From the NCBI GenBank assembly GCA_041651195.1, contig JBAZJR010000006.1, forward strand, positions 1 to 62,768: a DNA stretch of 62,768 nt, written 5' to 3'. This document shows positions 38,825-47,214 of the stretch, piece after piece (the first letter of the stretch is position 1; each line of letters begins with the position of its first letter). The notes beneath the pieces were generated by a model. The model did no database searches. It saw only the letters and a program-made list of their open reading frames with translations, and was not told the origin of the DNA. The translations under genes and the position numbers were made by a program. Origin of the DNA: Patescibacteria group bacterium (GTDB lineage: Bacteria; Patescibacteriota; Patescibacteriia; Patescibacteriales; UBA12465).

Positions 38825-39706
38825 TTAATCGTTATAATATTCCGACCATTCCGCCTCGCTGATCTCTGGAAGAGGCAGGCGGACGCCGGTTTTCCGATTC
38901 AAGATATCGGCGGAAAAAGCGCGGCTGATCTTATCCGGATTAACCTGATCACGGTAGATTTCCCGGAGCGCCGCTACGGTTTCCTCCGGGTGGAAGGGAT
39001 AATATTCGCTTAAGAGCATAACCAGCGCGGCGCGCAACCGGCTGTCGGTCGCGGGACTAAGGACGATCTTCTTAATAATCGTCAATTGTCCGATACTGAA
39101 ATCTGCTGCTTTATCCGCATAGTTGCTTAAGGAGCGCACGGCTGCTAATTTCGGCTTTAGGCTATGATTACCGGCCAGAAGGCCGAAATAATAATCGAGC
39201 GGCGCGGTTGAATCTTCGCCCGCTAAAGCGGCCGGGCTGAAAGAGACGATGATTTCGGCCTGGATCGCCGGGCTGGACGCCGGATCCGAGAGAAAATCCC
39301 GGACATAATCCGGCGGATTATCCGTGCCGTAAGCGGAGCGCATCAGCCTGATTAATTCGGTCTTGAATTCCGGCGCGACAACGGAATCTAAAAAATAAGC
39401 TTTCAAGCGGCTCGGAAGGCGCGCTTCGGAACCGCTGGCCAAAGCTTGAGCGACTTCCCGCTCAGCCTCTTGCCGCCGCTTTTGGCACGCCTCATGGCAG
39501 AGCGCCTCTGTCCGCCAGGATTCCGCTAATTCGGCCAGGCGGTATTCGGCCGGGCTGACCGCGCAGAAAGCGATGACGTAATAAATCGGTATCGACAAGA
39601 TTACTAGGATGACAAAAAGGGCGGCAAGCGCTAGTATCCGCTTCCGAAGAGGATAATGCCGGTATTTATTTTGCCAGACGGCGAAAAGATTTTTCCAATT
39701 AGGCAT
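38825..39706 (-). CDS. hypothetical N-terminally anchored helical-repeat protein
   Basis: 293 aa. One TM helix (ILALAALFVILVILSIPIYYVIAF). 11-nt gap to the giant protein gene, so probably co-transcribed. No family recognised. Confidence 0.5.
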   Translation of the reverse strand: MPNWKNLFAVWQNKYRHYPLRKRILALAALFVILVILSIPIYYVIAFCAVSPAEYRLAELAESWRTEALCHEACQKRRQEAEREVAQALASGSEARLPSRLKAYFLDSVVAPEFKTELIRLMRSAYGTDNPPDYVRDFLSDPASSPAIQAEIIVSFSPAALAGEDSTAPLDYYFGLLAGNHSLKPKLAAVRSLSNYADKAADFSIGQLTIIKKIVLSPATDSRLRAALVMLLSEYYPFHPEETVAALREIYRDQVNPDKISRAFSADILNRKTGVRLPLPEISEAEWSEYYND

Positions 39707-39736
39707 AGATATAGAAATTAATTTATAAGCTTCTCC

Positions 39737-39745
39737 ACTATAGCA
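39737..39745 (-). promoter_or_regulatory. extended -10 element TGCTATAGT
   Basis: Plus strand reads actatagca. 30 nt upstream of the ATG at 39706 and just after the terminator at 39838-39868. Confidence 0.45.
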
Positions 39746-39837
39746 AGCTACCCATGATGAGATCTTAAGTTATCTTTAAAATCTTCTCCGGCCAAAAAAT
39801 CCTTTCCGGCCTTGGCTAGGCGCGTTTTCCAAGACCA

Positions 39838-39868
39838 CAAAAAAATCAGACCGTCCGGTCTGATTTTT
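39838..39868. terminator. bidirectional-looking terminator after the Wzy_C-TPR gene
   Basis: Stem ATCAGACCG (39845-39853) / CGGTCTGAT (39856-39864), flanked by an A-run and TTTT. Confidence 0.75.
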
Positions 39869-39898
39869 AATCGAATAGATTTTATCTTTTTCTGATCG

Positions 39899-42133
39899 CT
39901 AAGGCCTAGCTTCTGCCGGCGTGGCAGAGGCCGCGCCCGGCAGACTATCTAGAAACTCCGCCCAACTATCCTGTAATTTATGATCGAGGTCTAAGGCCCG
40001 CCCTAGAGCGTTTTGCGACTTGGCATTCTCGCCGGACAAGAGATAAAGCTTGGCCAGATTGAACCAAATCTGGGCGTTAGCCGCGTCCAGTTCGGCCAGA
40101 CGGTCGGCTAGCTTCAGGGCGCGCGGATAATCTTGCTCAGCCGTAAAATGGCTCAGCGCGTTCAGGAGCAAAGGGCCGGAATTAATATCGTTAACCCCGT
40201 TTAAGTCTACACATTTAGTCAACGGCTCGCCCAGGCGCTGATCATCTTTCAAAAATATATAGAACTGCGCTAAGCGACAATAACCCTCGGAATAATCGGG
40301 ATTCAGGCTGATGGCATATTCTATCGTCTGGATCGCCTCCTCTTTTTCGCCCCGCACCAGCTGCATCTGTGCCTTGACCAGATAGACCGGCACGCGGCCT
40401 GGGCTAGCTTCTAGGGAACGGTTGATAGCCGCGATCGCCAAGCCGGAATAATGGTTGAATTGATCCAGATCCTGATAATTGAAACGGGCGGCCGTATCAT
40501 AGACTTGCGCCAATTGCATCTGCATCAAACTGTCTTCAGGATTGCCAGCCACATTCTTTTCGGCTAAAGAAATAACGTAATCTAAAACCGTCTGCGCCTG
40601 CGTCACGGTGAAAGAGTCCAGGAGATCAGGATTGATCGTCACCAGATTGATCAGCGTCACCGCGCCGTCATGATCCAACGGAGTGCCGATCAGCGCCTGG
40701 TGGTAAGCTTCGACGCCAGCCGCATATCGGCCGTCGATTATTTTCCCATAACCGTCGATAACGCCCTGGAACATCCGCCAAGGCTTGATATTATATTGAT
40801 GGGCGAAAAGATAGGCTGCGAACAGCAGGATAATCAGAGCAGTCCATTCCCATTCCCGGCCGATCGCCAGAAAAGGTTTTCGCCCCGCCGTCTCCACCGC
40901 TTCCGCTGCCTGGCCATCTGATGGCAGCCAATGGATCAGTCCTAGCAGGATCATCAAGCCGACATAAGTGACGAAGGAGTCGAAAACGGCCAGGTTCTGG
41001 ATAAAATAAGCGGCTAAGAGCGCGCTGAGCACGAGAACCTCGCCGCGCCGCCGCCCGCTTTTGAATTCTCGCACCAAGCAATAGAGCGCGGCCGCAAAGA
41101 TGCTTAGATAGGTTAGAAGGCCGACCAAGCCGGTCGTCGAGGCGATATCAATCAGGTTATTGTGCGCCCGGTCAAAATAAGTTTCAGTGCGGGCGTAATT
41201 GAAAAATTTAGGATCGAAATGACGATCGAAAGTGATCGCGTAATTGCCGAAACCCGTACCAAAAAGCGGATGATTCTTGAAATCCGCGGCGGCGCCGCGC
41301 CAGGAGATCAGCCGGGTCTGAAAAGTCGGTTTTTGGAAAGTCAGATTCTTCAAGAAGCTCTTCTGGAACCAAGCGGCTTGATGCTGTGAGAAAACAAATA
41401 TGACACTAAAGACAGCTATTAAGAGGGCCAACCAGGCCGAACGCCGGACAGTCAGGCTCTTATGGAATAAGCCGAACAGGAAAAAAAGAAGCAAAAGCGA
41501 GGCAAAAAGTCCGATAATCGCGCCGGAAGTACGGCAGGTCCAGAATTCCCAGAGCATGATTAGCCCCGGCAAAACATAAAGCCAGCGCCAGGCACTATCC
41601 GCACTGCGCCGAAATAAGATCAGGAGGAAAAAAAGATTAAAGATAAGGTAGCCGCTCACATAGGCGGTGTTCCCGATCGTGCTGAAAGTCGTTCCGGATA
41701 AGCCGATATAGCTGACGACAGTCGCTACTCCCGCCGAAGAAAATAATAGGACGCGCCACTCGCTCCAAGAGCGGAAAGCTGTAATCAAAATCAAATAAAA
41801 GATCAAGAAGTGCAAAAGATGGAAAACGCCGAGCATGCGTTCAGCATCACCCCAAAAACTGAGGCCCAGATCGACGCTCACCGCGCAAGAAGCCAAGACG
41901 GCTAAGAAATAAGCCGATAAGCCCCAGGTGATATAGCTAATCTTCGGCCGATATTCCGGATAACGCATGATAAAGACCAGCCAGATCGCCAAAAGTAATT
42001 CCATCAGGATATTGAAAGTGAGCTGCTTGGAAGTGATGAAAGGAAATAAGAGGTCTTTGAAGACTAAGAAGACGATCAGGAGCGAGGCGAGCAGGCCGCC
42101 TTGCAGGATACGTAAATAAATTTTTGCAGGCAT
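39899..42133 (-). CDS. O-antigen ligase-like (Wzy_C) membrane domain fused to C-terminal TPR repeats
   Basis: 744 aa. About 12 TM helices in the first ~420 aa, then TPR-like repeats (AQMQLVRGEKEEAIQTIEYAISLNPDYSEGY.., AKLYLLSGENAKSQNALGRALDLD). Confidence 0.7.
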   Translation of the reverse strand: MPAKIYLRILQGGLLASLLIVFLVFKDLLFPFITSKQLTFNILMELLLAIWLVFIMRYPEYRPKISYITWGLSAYFLAVLASCAVSVDLGLSFWGDAERMLGVFHLLHFLIFYLILITAFRSWSEWRVLLFSSAGVATVVSYIGLSGTTFSTIGNTAYVSGYLIFNLFFLLILFRRSADSAWRWLYVLPGLIMLWEFWTCRTSGAIIGLFASLLLLFFLFGLFHKSLTVRRSAWLALLIAVFSVIFVFSQHQAAWFQKSFLKNLTFQKPTFQTRLISWRGAAADFKNHPLFGTGFGNYAITFDRHFDPKFFNYARTETYFDRAHNNLIDIASTTGLVGLLTYLSIFAAALYCLVREFKSGRRRGEVLVLSALLAAYFIQNLAVFDSFVTYVGLMILLGLIHWLPSDGQAAEAVETAGRKPFLAIGREWEWTALIILLFAAYLFAHQYNIKPWRMFQGVIDGYGKIIDGRYAAGVEAYHQALIGTPLDHDGAVTLINLVTINPDLLDSFTVTQAQTVLDYVISLAEKNVAGNPEDSLMQMQLAQVYDTAARFNYQDLDQFNHYSGLAIAAINRSLEASPGRVPVYLVKAQMQLVRGEKEEAIQTIEYAISLNPDYSEGYCRLAQFYIFLKDDQRLGEPLTKCVDLNGVNDINSGPLLLNALSHFTAEQDYPRALKLADRLAELDAANAQIWFNLAKLYLLSGENAKSQNALGRALDLDHKLQDSWAEFLDSLPGAASATPAEARP

Positions 42134-42146
42134 AGGGTTCCGCCCT

Positions 42147-42162
42147 GGCGCCAGCTGGCGCC
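42147..42162. promoter_or_regulatory. perfect 16-bp palindrome GGCGCCAGCTGGCGCC in the 5' leader of the Wzy_C-TPR gene
   Basis: Read directly from the sequence. Lies 14-29 nt upstream of the ATG at 42133. Confidence 0.4.
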
Positions 42163-42188
42163 AAAAAGCTTAATTCATAATTATCCTT

Positions 42189-42197
42189 ATTATAACA
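42189..42197 (-). promoter_or_regulatory. extended -10 element TGTTATAAT
   Basis: Plus strand reads attataaca. 55 nt upstream of the ATG at 42133. Confidence 0.45.
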
Positions 42198-42198
42198 C

Positions 42199-42223
42199 AG
42201 CCGTCGACGGGCTGTCGACGGCT
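42199..42223. promoter_or_regulatory. 10-bp-arm palindrome AGCCGTCGAC-GGGCT-GTCGACGGCT (terminator and/or operator)
   Basis: Perfect inverted repeat between the stop of the repeat-protein gene (42252) and the -10 at 42189-42197. Confidence 0.4.
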
Positions 42224-42251
42224 ATTGATCGCCTGATCCTGTCTCCGTTAA

Positions 42252-42800
42252 TCATTTTGAGATCTTAAATTCCAGTTTTTTGACGCGTATCGCATGGTCA
42301 GCGGTAAAAAGATTAAGCTCATTGATATCCCGCTCATGTCTTTCCAAGGCTTTTTCTACCCGATCTAAACGACAATCTAAATGTTCAAATGAAGTGTCTA
42401 ATTTATAATCGAGCTGGTTAAATTTTAGATCTAGCTTGTCGTCCAAATTTTTGATTTGTTTTTCTAAGCTCTTAAAGTCGTCTTTGGTCGCGAAGTTTTT
42501 GAGATCGTCTTTGGTCGCGAAATTTTTGAGATCGTCTTTGGTCGCGAAATTTTTGAGATCGTCTTTGGTCGCGAAGTTTTTGAGATCGTCTTTGGTCGCA
42601 AAATTCTTTAATCGTTCGTCAATGTAATCTTTGGTCGCAAAATTCTTTAATCGTTCGTCAATGTAATCTTTGGTCGCAAAGTTCTTTAATCGTTCGTCAA
42701 TGTAATCTTTGGTCGCAAAGTTCTTTAATCGTTCGTCAATGTAATCTTTGGTCAATAATTTATTAAACTGCTCGTCGGTCAATAGCGTGTATTTTTCCGT
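42252..42800 (-). CDS. coiled-coil protein with tandem KDYIDERLKNFAT and KDDLKNFAT repeats
   Basis: The ATG at 42800 (MTEKYTLLTDEQF) is preferred over the TTG at 42914. Four 13-aa repeats, four 9-aa repeats, then a heptad-like tail. Confidence 0.6.
   Translation of the reverse strand, partial: TEKYTLLTDEQFNKLLTKDYIDERLKNFATKDYIDERLKNFATKDYIDERLKNFATKDYIDERLKNFATKDDLKNFATKDDLKNFATKDDLKNFATKDDLKNFATKDDFKSLEKQIKNLDDKLDLKFNQLDYKLDTSFEHLDCRLDRVEKALERHERDINELNLFTADHAIRVKKLEFKISK
42480..42746 (-). repeat. in-frame tandem repeats: 4 x 27 bp (42480-42587), then 4 x 39 bp (42591-42746)
   Basis: Units gtctttggtcgcgaaRtttttgagatc and tttggtcgcaaaRttctttaatcgttcgtcaatgtaatc. Copies differ only at one A/G position. 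Confidence 0.9.
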
Positions 42801-42928
42801 CATAATTTTTGGCCGGCCCCGATAAAACGCCTGTCCACGGACGTTTTTTTCGGAGCGCGCGGCAATTAAATTAATAATTGCCTCCGTGTCTTGGCTGATA
42901 CAAAGTTTAATCAAGAGAGGTCCGGATT

Positions 42929-42937
42929 ATTATAGCA
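42929..42937 (-). promoter_or_regulatory. extended -10 element TGCTATAAT
   Basis: Plus strand reads attatagca. Upstream of the repeat-protein gene. Confidence 0.45.
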
Positions 42938-42973
42938 TATCCGAGCTGCCTTGGGTAGCCACTAAAAATAAAG

Positions 42974-42999
42974 AAAAATCGCCGGTCAAAGCGATTTTT
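42974..42999. terminator. terminator after the ferritin gene
   Basis: AAAAATCGC-N8-GCGATTTTT. Confidence 0.6.
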
Positions 43000-43019
43000 C
43001 TGATTAGGCGGTCCAGTCC

Positions 43020-43541
43020 CTAGGCTTTAGCCGCGTATGGTCCGCCCGGGACATAGGCGCGAGCGGCCAGTTCCTGATCCAGCATATAGAGAGCCGGGCC
43101 ATCGGCGCCGAGCCTTTTAATCTTATCGATATTCTCGTTGGCATTCGCCTCTTCCTCTACCTGCTCGTCGATATACCACTTGACGAATGATTCTAGGGCA
43201 TAATCCTTCTCGGACCGCGCCAGCTCATAGATCGCGTTGATCTTCGCGGTGATATGCTGCTCATGCTTCAAGCCGGCGGTAAAAATAGCGAGCGCGTCTT
43301 TCAGGTCCTTGACTTCCGGCTTAGCGATCGCTTCTAAAACCGGCTCCTCTTGGCGCTCTACCAGGAACTTAAAGAAGCCCTGCGCGTGATCGACTTCCTC
43401 TTTAGCCTGGATCTGCATCCAATTAGCCATGCCCTTCAAGTTCAGGCTCTCCAAACGGGCCGCTAAAGCCAGATAGAGATAGGCCGAGTAAAGCTCTTCC
43501 TGGATCTGCTTATTAACGATTTCCTTTGTTTTTTCAGTCAT
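43020..43541 (-). CDS. ferritin (non-haem, FtnA-like)
   Basis: 173 aa. Ferroxidase-centre contexts (QIQEELYSAYLYL, QAKEEVDHAQGFF, GLKHEQHIT). Confidence 0.85.
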   Translation of the reverse strand: MTEKTKEIVNKQIQEELYSAYLYLALAARLESLNLKGMANWMQIQAKEEVDHAQGFFKFLVERQEEPVLEAIAKPEVKDLKDALAIFTAGLKHEQHITAKINAIYELARSEKDYALESFVKWYIDEQVEEEANANENIDKIKRLGADGPALYMLDQELAARAYVPGGPYAAKA

Positions 43542-43551
43542 ATGATTGATG

Positions 43552-43565
43552 CTTAATGAATTAAG
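43552..43565. promoter_or_regulatory. palindrome CTTAAT-GA-ATTAAG in the ferritin leader (candidate metal-regulator operator)
   Basis: Lies between the TGCTATAAT element (43575-43583) and the ATG at 43541. Confidence 0.3.
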
Positions 43566-43574
43566 GTAAATTAA

Positions 43575-43583
43575 ATTATAGCA
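43575..43583 (-). promoter_or_regulatory. extended -10 element TGCTATAAT
   Basis: Plus strand reads attatagca. 33 nt upstream of the ferritin ATG. Confidence 0.5.
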
Positions 43584-43669
43584 TCAGTTTAGAAACTTGG
43601 GAAGTCTGTCCTGGGCTGGCCGGACGCCGAGCCATGTTCACTCTGGTCACCCTCCCCCCGCCCTAACAG

Positions 43670-43695
43670 AAAAGAGCCCCCGAAGGGGCTCTTTT
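43670..43695. terminator. strong bidirectional terminator after the S-layer-like gene
   Basis: AAAAGAGCCCC-CGAA-GGGGCTCTTTT. Confidence 0.85.
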
Positions 43696-43740
43696 GCTGT
43701 TCCAATTTATGTTTAGGAAATTGGGAAAACTGTGATCAAC

Positions 43741-46700
43741 TTAGTAGTTGAAGGAATAGCCGTTAATCGGCAGATTCTTCACTACATAACCATTGCCGTA
43801 AGTACCGACAGTGGTGTCGTTCCATTGCCAATCAGTACCTGAACCTAACGCATCAGCTGAAGTTAAGTTCAAAGCTAAATTGTTAGAGTTCAGGGCGCCC
43901 AAGTTGGCAACGCTGACCTTGACGACATAGGTCTTGCTGTTGCCAGCAGAGATCAAGGAGTCATTGGTCAAAGCGATCGCATACTTGGTGTTGGAAGAGG
44001 CTAAGGAAACCGGAGCGCTGATCAAGTTGGTGGCCATGTCATTGATGTCATAGACACCGTCAACCGCGATATTGCTAGCGCCGTTGAACAGCGGGGTTAC
44101 CGTGAAGGTCTTCAGATTGATCGGGCCGTTAGAAGCGGCAACCGTAAATCTTAACATCTCCTGCGTTCCAACGCTCAAGATGCGGCTGGTCGGAGTGTAG
44201 TCAGCCAGGGAAACAGTCGGCTTGGCAGCGACAACTAACATGGTGTTAGCCGCGACGGTTAAGCCGGACTTTTCCGCCGGAGTGTTCACGCCGATCTGGT
44301 ACTTGACGTAAGTCGCCGTTAACTTGGACTGAGTCCGGGTCACAGTGGCGTTAGTGCCGACCGTGTTGTAGTTAGCGGTAACAGTGACGTTAGTGCCGAC
44401 CGTGGAGACCGGAACATCAATCGCTAAGGTCCCATCGAAGAACGCGACGTAATCCGAACCGTCATAGACGACCGGGGCAGTCACGGAACCGATGGTCAAA
44501 GAATTGATGGAAGTTCCTTCGTCAACATCGGCATCGGTGGAGACTTTGAACTTCAAGCTGCTGATCTTAGCCGCGCCATTGGTGGCCACGAACTTGTAGA
44601 CCGCCGCAGTCGCGCTGGTGCCGCCGACGACTAAAGCCGCCGGAGCATCAGAGCTGACCAAGGTCGGATCAGACAAAGTACCGGTTTGGAAGGTCAAGAC
44701 CTGGCCGGCGACGTTAGCATCAGCCGTTAAGTTGGTGCTGACGGTGCGCGCGGAAACCTTCAAGTCGCTAACAGTCAAAGTCGCGTTGTTAGAAACCTGA
44801 GCGACATCGGCGTAAACGTCGATAGTCTTGGTCTGGCCGGAAGTCAAAGTAAAGTTAACCGGGAAATTGTTGATACCAGCAATCGGGTTGCCGATCACGT
44901 TAGTCGGATCCTCAGAAGTATAGAGGTTAGAGACATCAGTGATGACAATCGCCGGGCTGCCGCCGGAAACCGCTAAAGTAACCGCTAAATTGGTCGCTCT
45001 AACCGCTTCGGAAGAACCAGCCTGGAAGGTGAAGGAACCGATCTTCTGCTTCTGGACATTCGGGGCGATAGTTTGAGCAATCGCGAACGAATTATTCCGA
45101 GATACGCTGGATAAGCCGGTCGAAACAATCGTTAAGGCCTTAGTCGCGTAAGTAGTAGCGTTAGTCGGGCTGGTGGCAAAAGAAGTCACGCCCTGATAAG
45201 CGCCCGCTGCCGCCGCCATATTAGTGGTAATCGTGGTAGAAGTGGTAGAACCGGAGTTCATAACCAAATCGCCCTTGATTTCCACGGTCGCGGTCGTACC
45301 AGCCGGAATGGTGAATAAATTAGTGGTACCATAAGCCTTGGTCGCGGTATAGCCGGTCACAGTCGTACCGGAAACCACGGCGTTCTGAGAACTGCCGACC
45401 TGGGAACCGTTGACGTAGACAGACAGGTTATTGACGCCATCGCCAGAAGCGGTATCGCCGTTAAAGAGGATGGTGGCATTCAAAGTGGTAACCTTCATGT
45501 CTTCGCCATAAGCCTTCATGGTGTATTTCGCCAAAGTGACGTTAGAAGCGCCTTTGACGACCTGGGTGCTGGAGAAAGTCGGATCAGCCGCGATCACCAA
45601 GCTGCCGTTATTGATATTGGCAGAAGTGGTGGTTTGCGGTAAGCCAGTCGCCGCGACATTGACGTTGTAGTTGGTGTCAACTACGACGATGTCGGAAGCG
45701 GTCTGGATCGAGAAGCTGAAATTGGTGTTGGAACCCTTGACGACATCACCTCTTAATTCCAAGGTCCGGGTACCGGTGTTCAAACGGTAAGGAGCCGCGG
45801 ATAAGTCAAAGTTAACGCGATTGTCGCTGTTAACAGAAGAGGTGGAGCCGACCTGGACGCCATCCGCATACAGCTTCAGGCTCTGGATGCCGTCAGCCGG
45901 CACGGAGCCGATCTGGCGGAAACTGACATATTTCAAGTCAACTGCCTTGTTGCTGATCGTTAACGGCGCGGACCAAACAGTGGCGTTCATAGTCCCGGCG
46001 TTAACATTGCCAGAACTGGTCACGGAACCGGCCACAACCGTGGCTAAATCAGTGGCGGTAACGACCGACATGGTGTTGCCGTTGAGCGGGAAAGAACCCG
46101 TGACGGAAGCGCCAGTCGAAACGATATCAGAAGCGGCATTGACCGCGAAACCGATATTACCGGTAGCGCCGCCCGCGATGTCAGCTTTGACGCTGATCGC
46201 CTTGGTCTGGCCAGCCGCTACGGTGAATAAGCCAGTGGTATTGGAGAAAGTGACCATGCCGTTCGATAAGGAACCAGCATCAGTCAATTTGGTGTTCCCT
46301 TCATAAAGATAGATGGAAGATACCGTGCTATCAGAAGAAACGCCGATTCTCTTCAATTTCAAGGTCTTGACCGTAACCGCACCGTCATTAGCGGCGGTGA
46401 AGTTGAAGGTCGCCATATCCGCGATGGATTGGCCGCCGGTCGCCGTCGCTACGACGTTGGTCGCCGCCGCCGTGCTGGAGCTCAATGAAACCATCAAACC
46501 GGAGCCGGTAACGACAACGCCCGTGCCGCCGTTCTGGGCGACGTTAACTAAAGCAGTTTCCGCAGAGGAAAGAGAATTGCCGCCAGCCGTCAAAGTATTG
46601 GTGACGGTTAGGACATTGGCCATCTCTAATCTGTTGGCCGCTAAAGCAGATTCGCTCGCGACGCTGCGATAGTTGGTACCATCGTAGTAGTAAACGGTCG

Positions 46701-47214
46701 AACCGCTGGCGTTCTTGACTAAGGAACCAGCCGGGATAGCGCCGTTAGCTAAAACCGCGCCGACAGTGTAGTTGGTGAAGAAAGCATCAGGGACGTCAAC
46801 TACTCTCTTGTTCCAGTTGGTGCCGTATAAGGAAGCGGCTTGCGCTTCGCTTTGGATCTTTCTGAGAACGCCATTAGGTTCAACGGCATAAACAGAAGGA
46901 TCGGTGGTGATCTTCACTAATTTCGTACCCGGTCTCATGGTCACATTGCCACCCAAAGGATAGCTCTGTAATTCAGCGGACGGGATGGTTACCACGCCGC
47001 TGAAATCAGGGTACCAGGAGAAATAAGTAGCGGAATTAGGAAAGACATATCTCTTGCCATCGGAGCCAAGGTAATAAACGGAAGAATTGCCGGACATCTT
47101 GATCAGGTCGCCAGCCGAAGCCGCAGCCGAAGCCGGGGAAACGACGACGCCGCTCATGGCAATCACCGATAATACCATTACGCCGATCACTAAGAGTTTG
47201 CGTAATTTTTTCAT
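43741..47214 (-). CDS. large surface (S-layer-like) protein
   Basis: 1157 aa. Signal peptide ending SPASAAAS. N-terminal repeated motif (SVYYLGSDGKRYVFPN / TVYYYDGTNYRSV). The rest is Thr/Ser/Ala/Val/Asn/Gly-rich and beta-strand-like, with almost no Cys, His or Trp. Confidence 0.65.
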   Translation of the reverse strand: MKKLRKLLVIGVMVLSVIAMSGVVVSPASAAASAGDLIKMSGNSSVYYLGSDGKRYVFPNSATYFSWYPDFSGVVTIPSAELQSYPLGGNVTMRPGTKLVKITTDPSVYAVEPNGVLRKIQSEAQAASLYGTNWNKRVVDVPDAFFTNYTVGAVLANGAIPAGSLVKNASGSTVYYYDGTNYRSVASESALAANRLEMANVLTVTNTLTAGGNSLSSAETALVNVAQNGGTGVVVTGSGLMVSLSSSTAAATNVVATATGGQSIADMATFNFTAANDGAVTVKTLKLKRIGVSSDSTVSSIYLYEGNTKLTDAGSLSNGMVTFSNTTGLFTVAAGQTKAISVKADIAGGATGNIGFAVNAASDIVSTGASVTGSFPLNGNTMSVVTATDLATVVAGSVTSSGNVNAGTMNATVWSAPLTISNKAVDLKYVSFRQIGSVPADGIQSLKLYADGVQVGSTSSVNSDNRVNFDLSAAPYRLNTGTRTLELRGDVVKGSNTNFSFSIQTASDIVVVDTNYNVNVAATGLPQTTTSANINNGSLVIAADPTFSSTQVVKGASNVTLAKYTMKAYGEDMKVTTLNATILFNGDTASGDGVNNLSVYVNGSQVGSSQNAVVSGTTVTGYTATKAYGTTNLFTIPAGTTATVEIKGDLVMNSGSTTSTTITTNMAAAAGAYQGVTSFATSPTNATTYATKALTIVSTGLSSVSRNNSFAIAQTIAPNVQKQKIGSFTFQAGSSEAVRATNLAVTLAVSGGSPAIVITDVSNLYTSEDPTNVIGNPIAGINNFPVNFTLTSGQTKTIDVYADVAQVSNNATLTVSDLKVSARTVSTNLTADANVAGQVLTFQTGTLSDPTLVSSDAPAALVVGGTSATAAVYKFVATNGAAKISSLKFKVSTDADVDEGTSINSLTIGSVTAPVVYDGSDYVAFFDGTLAIDVPVSTVGTNVTVTANYNTVGTNATVTRTQSKLTATYVKYQIGVNTPAEKSGLTVAANTMLVVAAKPTVSLADYTPTSRILSVGTQEMLRFTVAASNGPINLKTFTVTPLFNGASNIAVDGVYDINDMATNLISAPVSLASSNTKYAIALTNDSLISAGNSKTYVVKVSVANLGALNSNNLALNLTSADALGSGTDWQWNDTTVGTYGNGYVVKNLPINGYSFNY

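Noticed and set aside
42480-42746. Regularly spaced direct repeats that could be mistaken for a CRISPR array
   Set aside because: The units are contiguous with no unique spacers. They are in frame inside an ORF and encode a repeating peptide.
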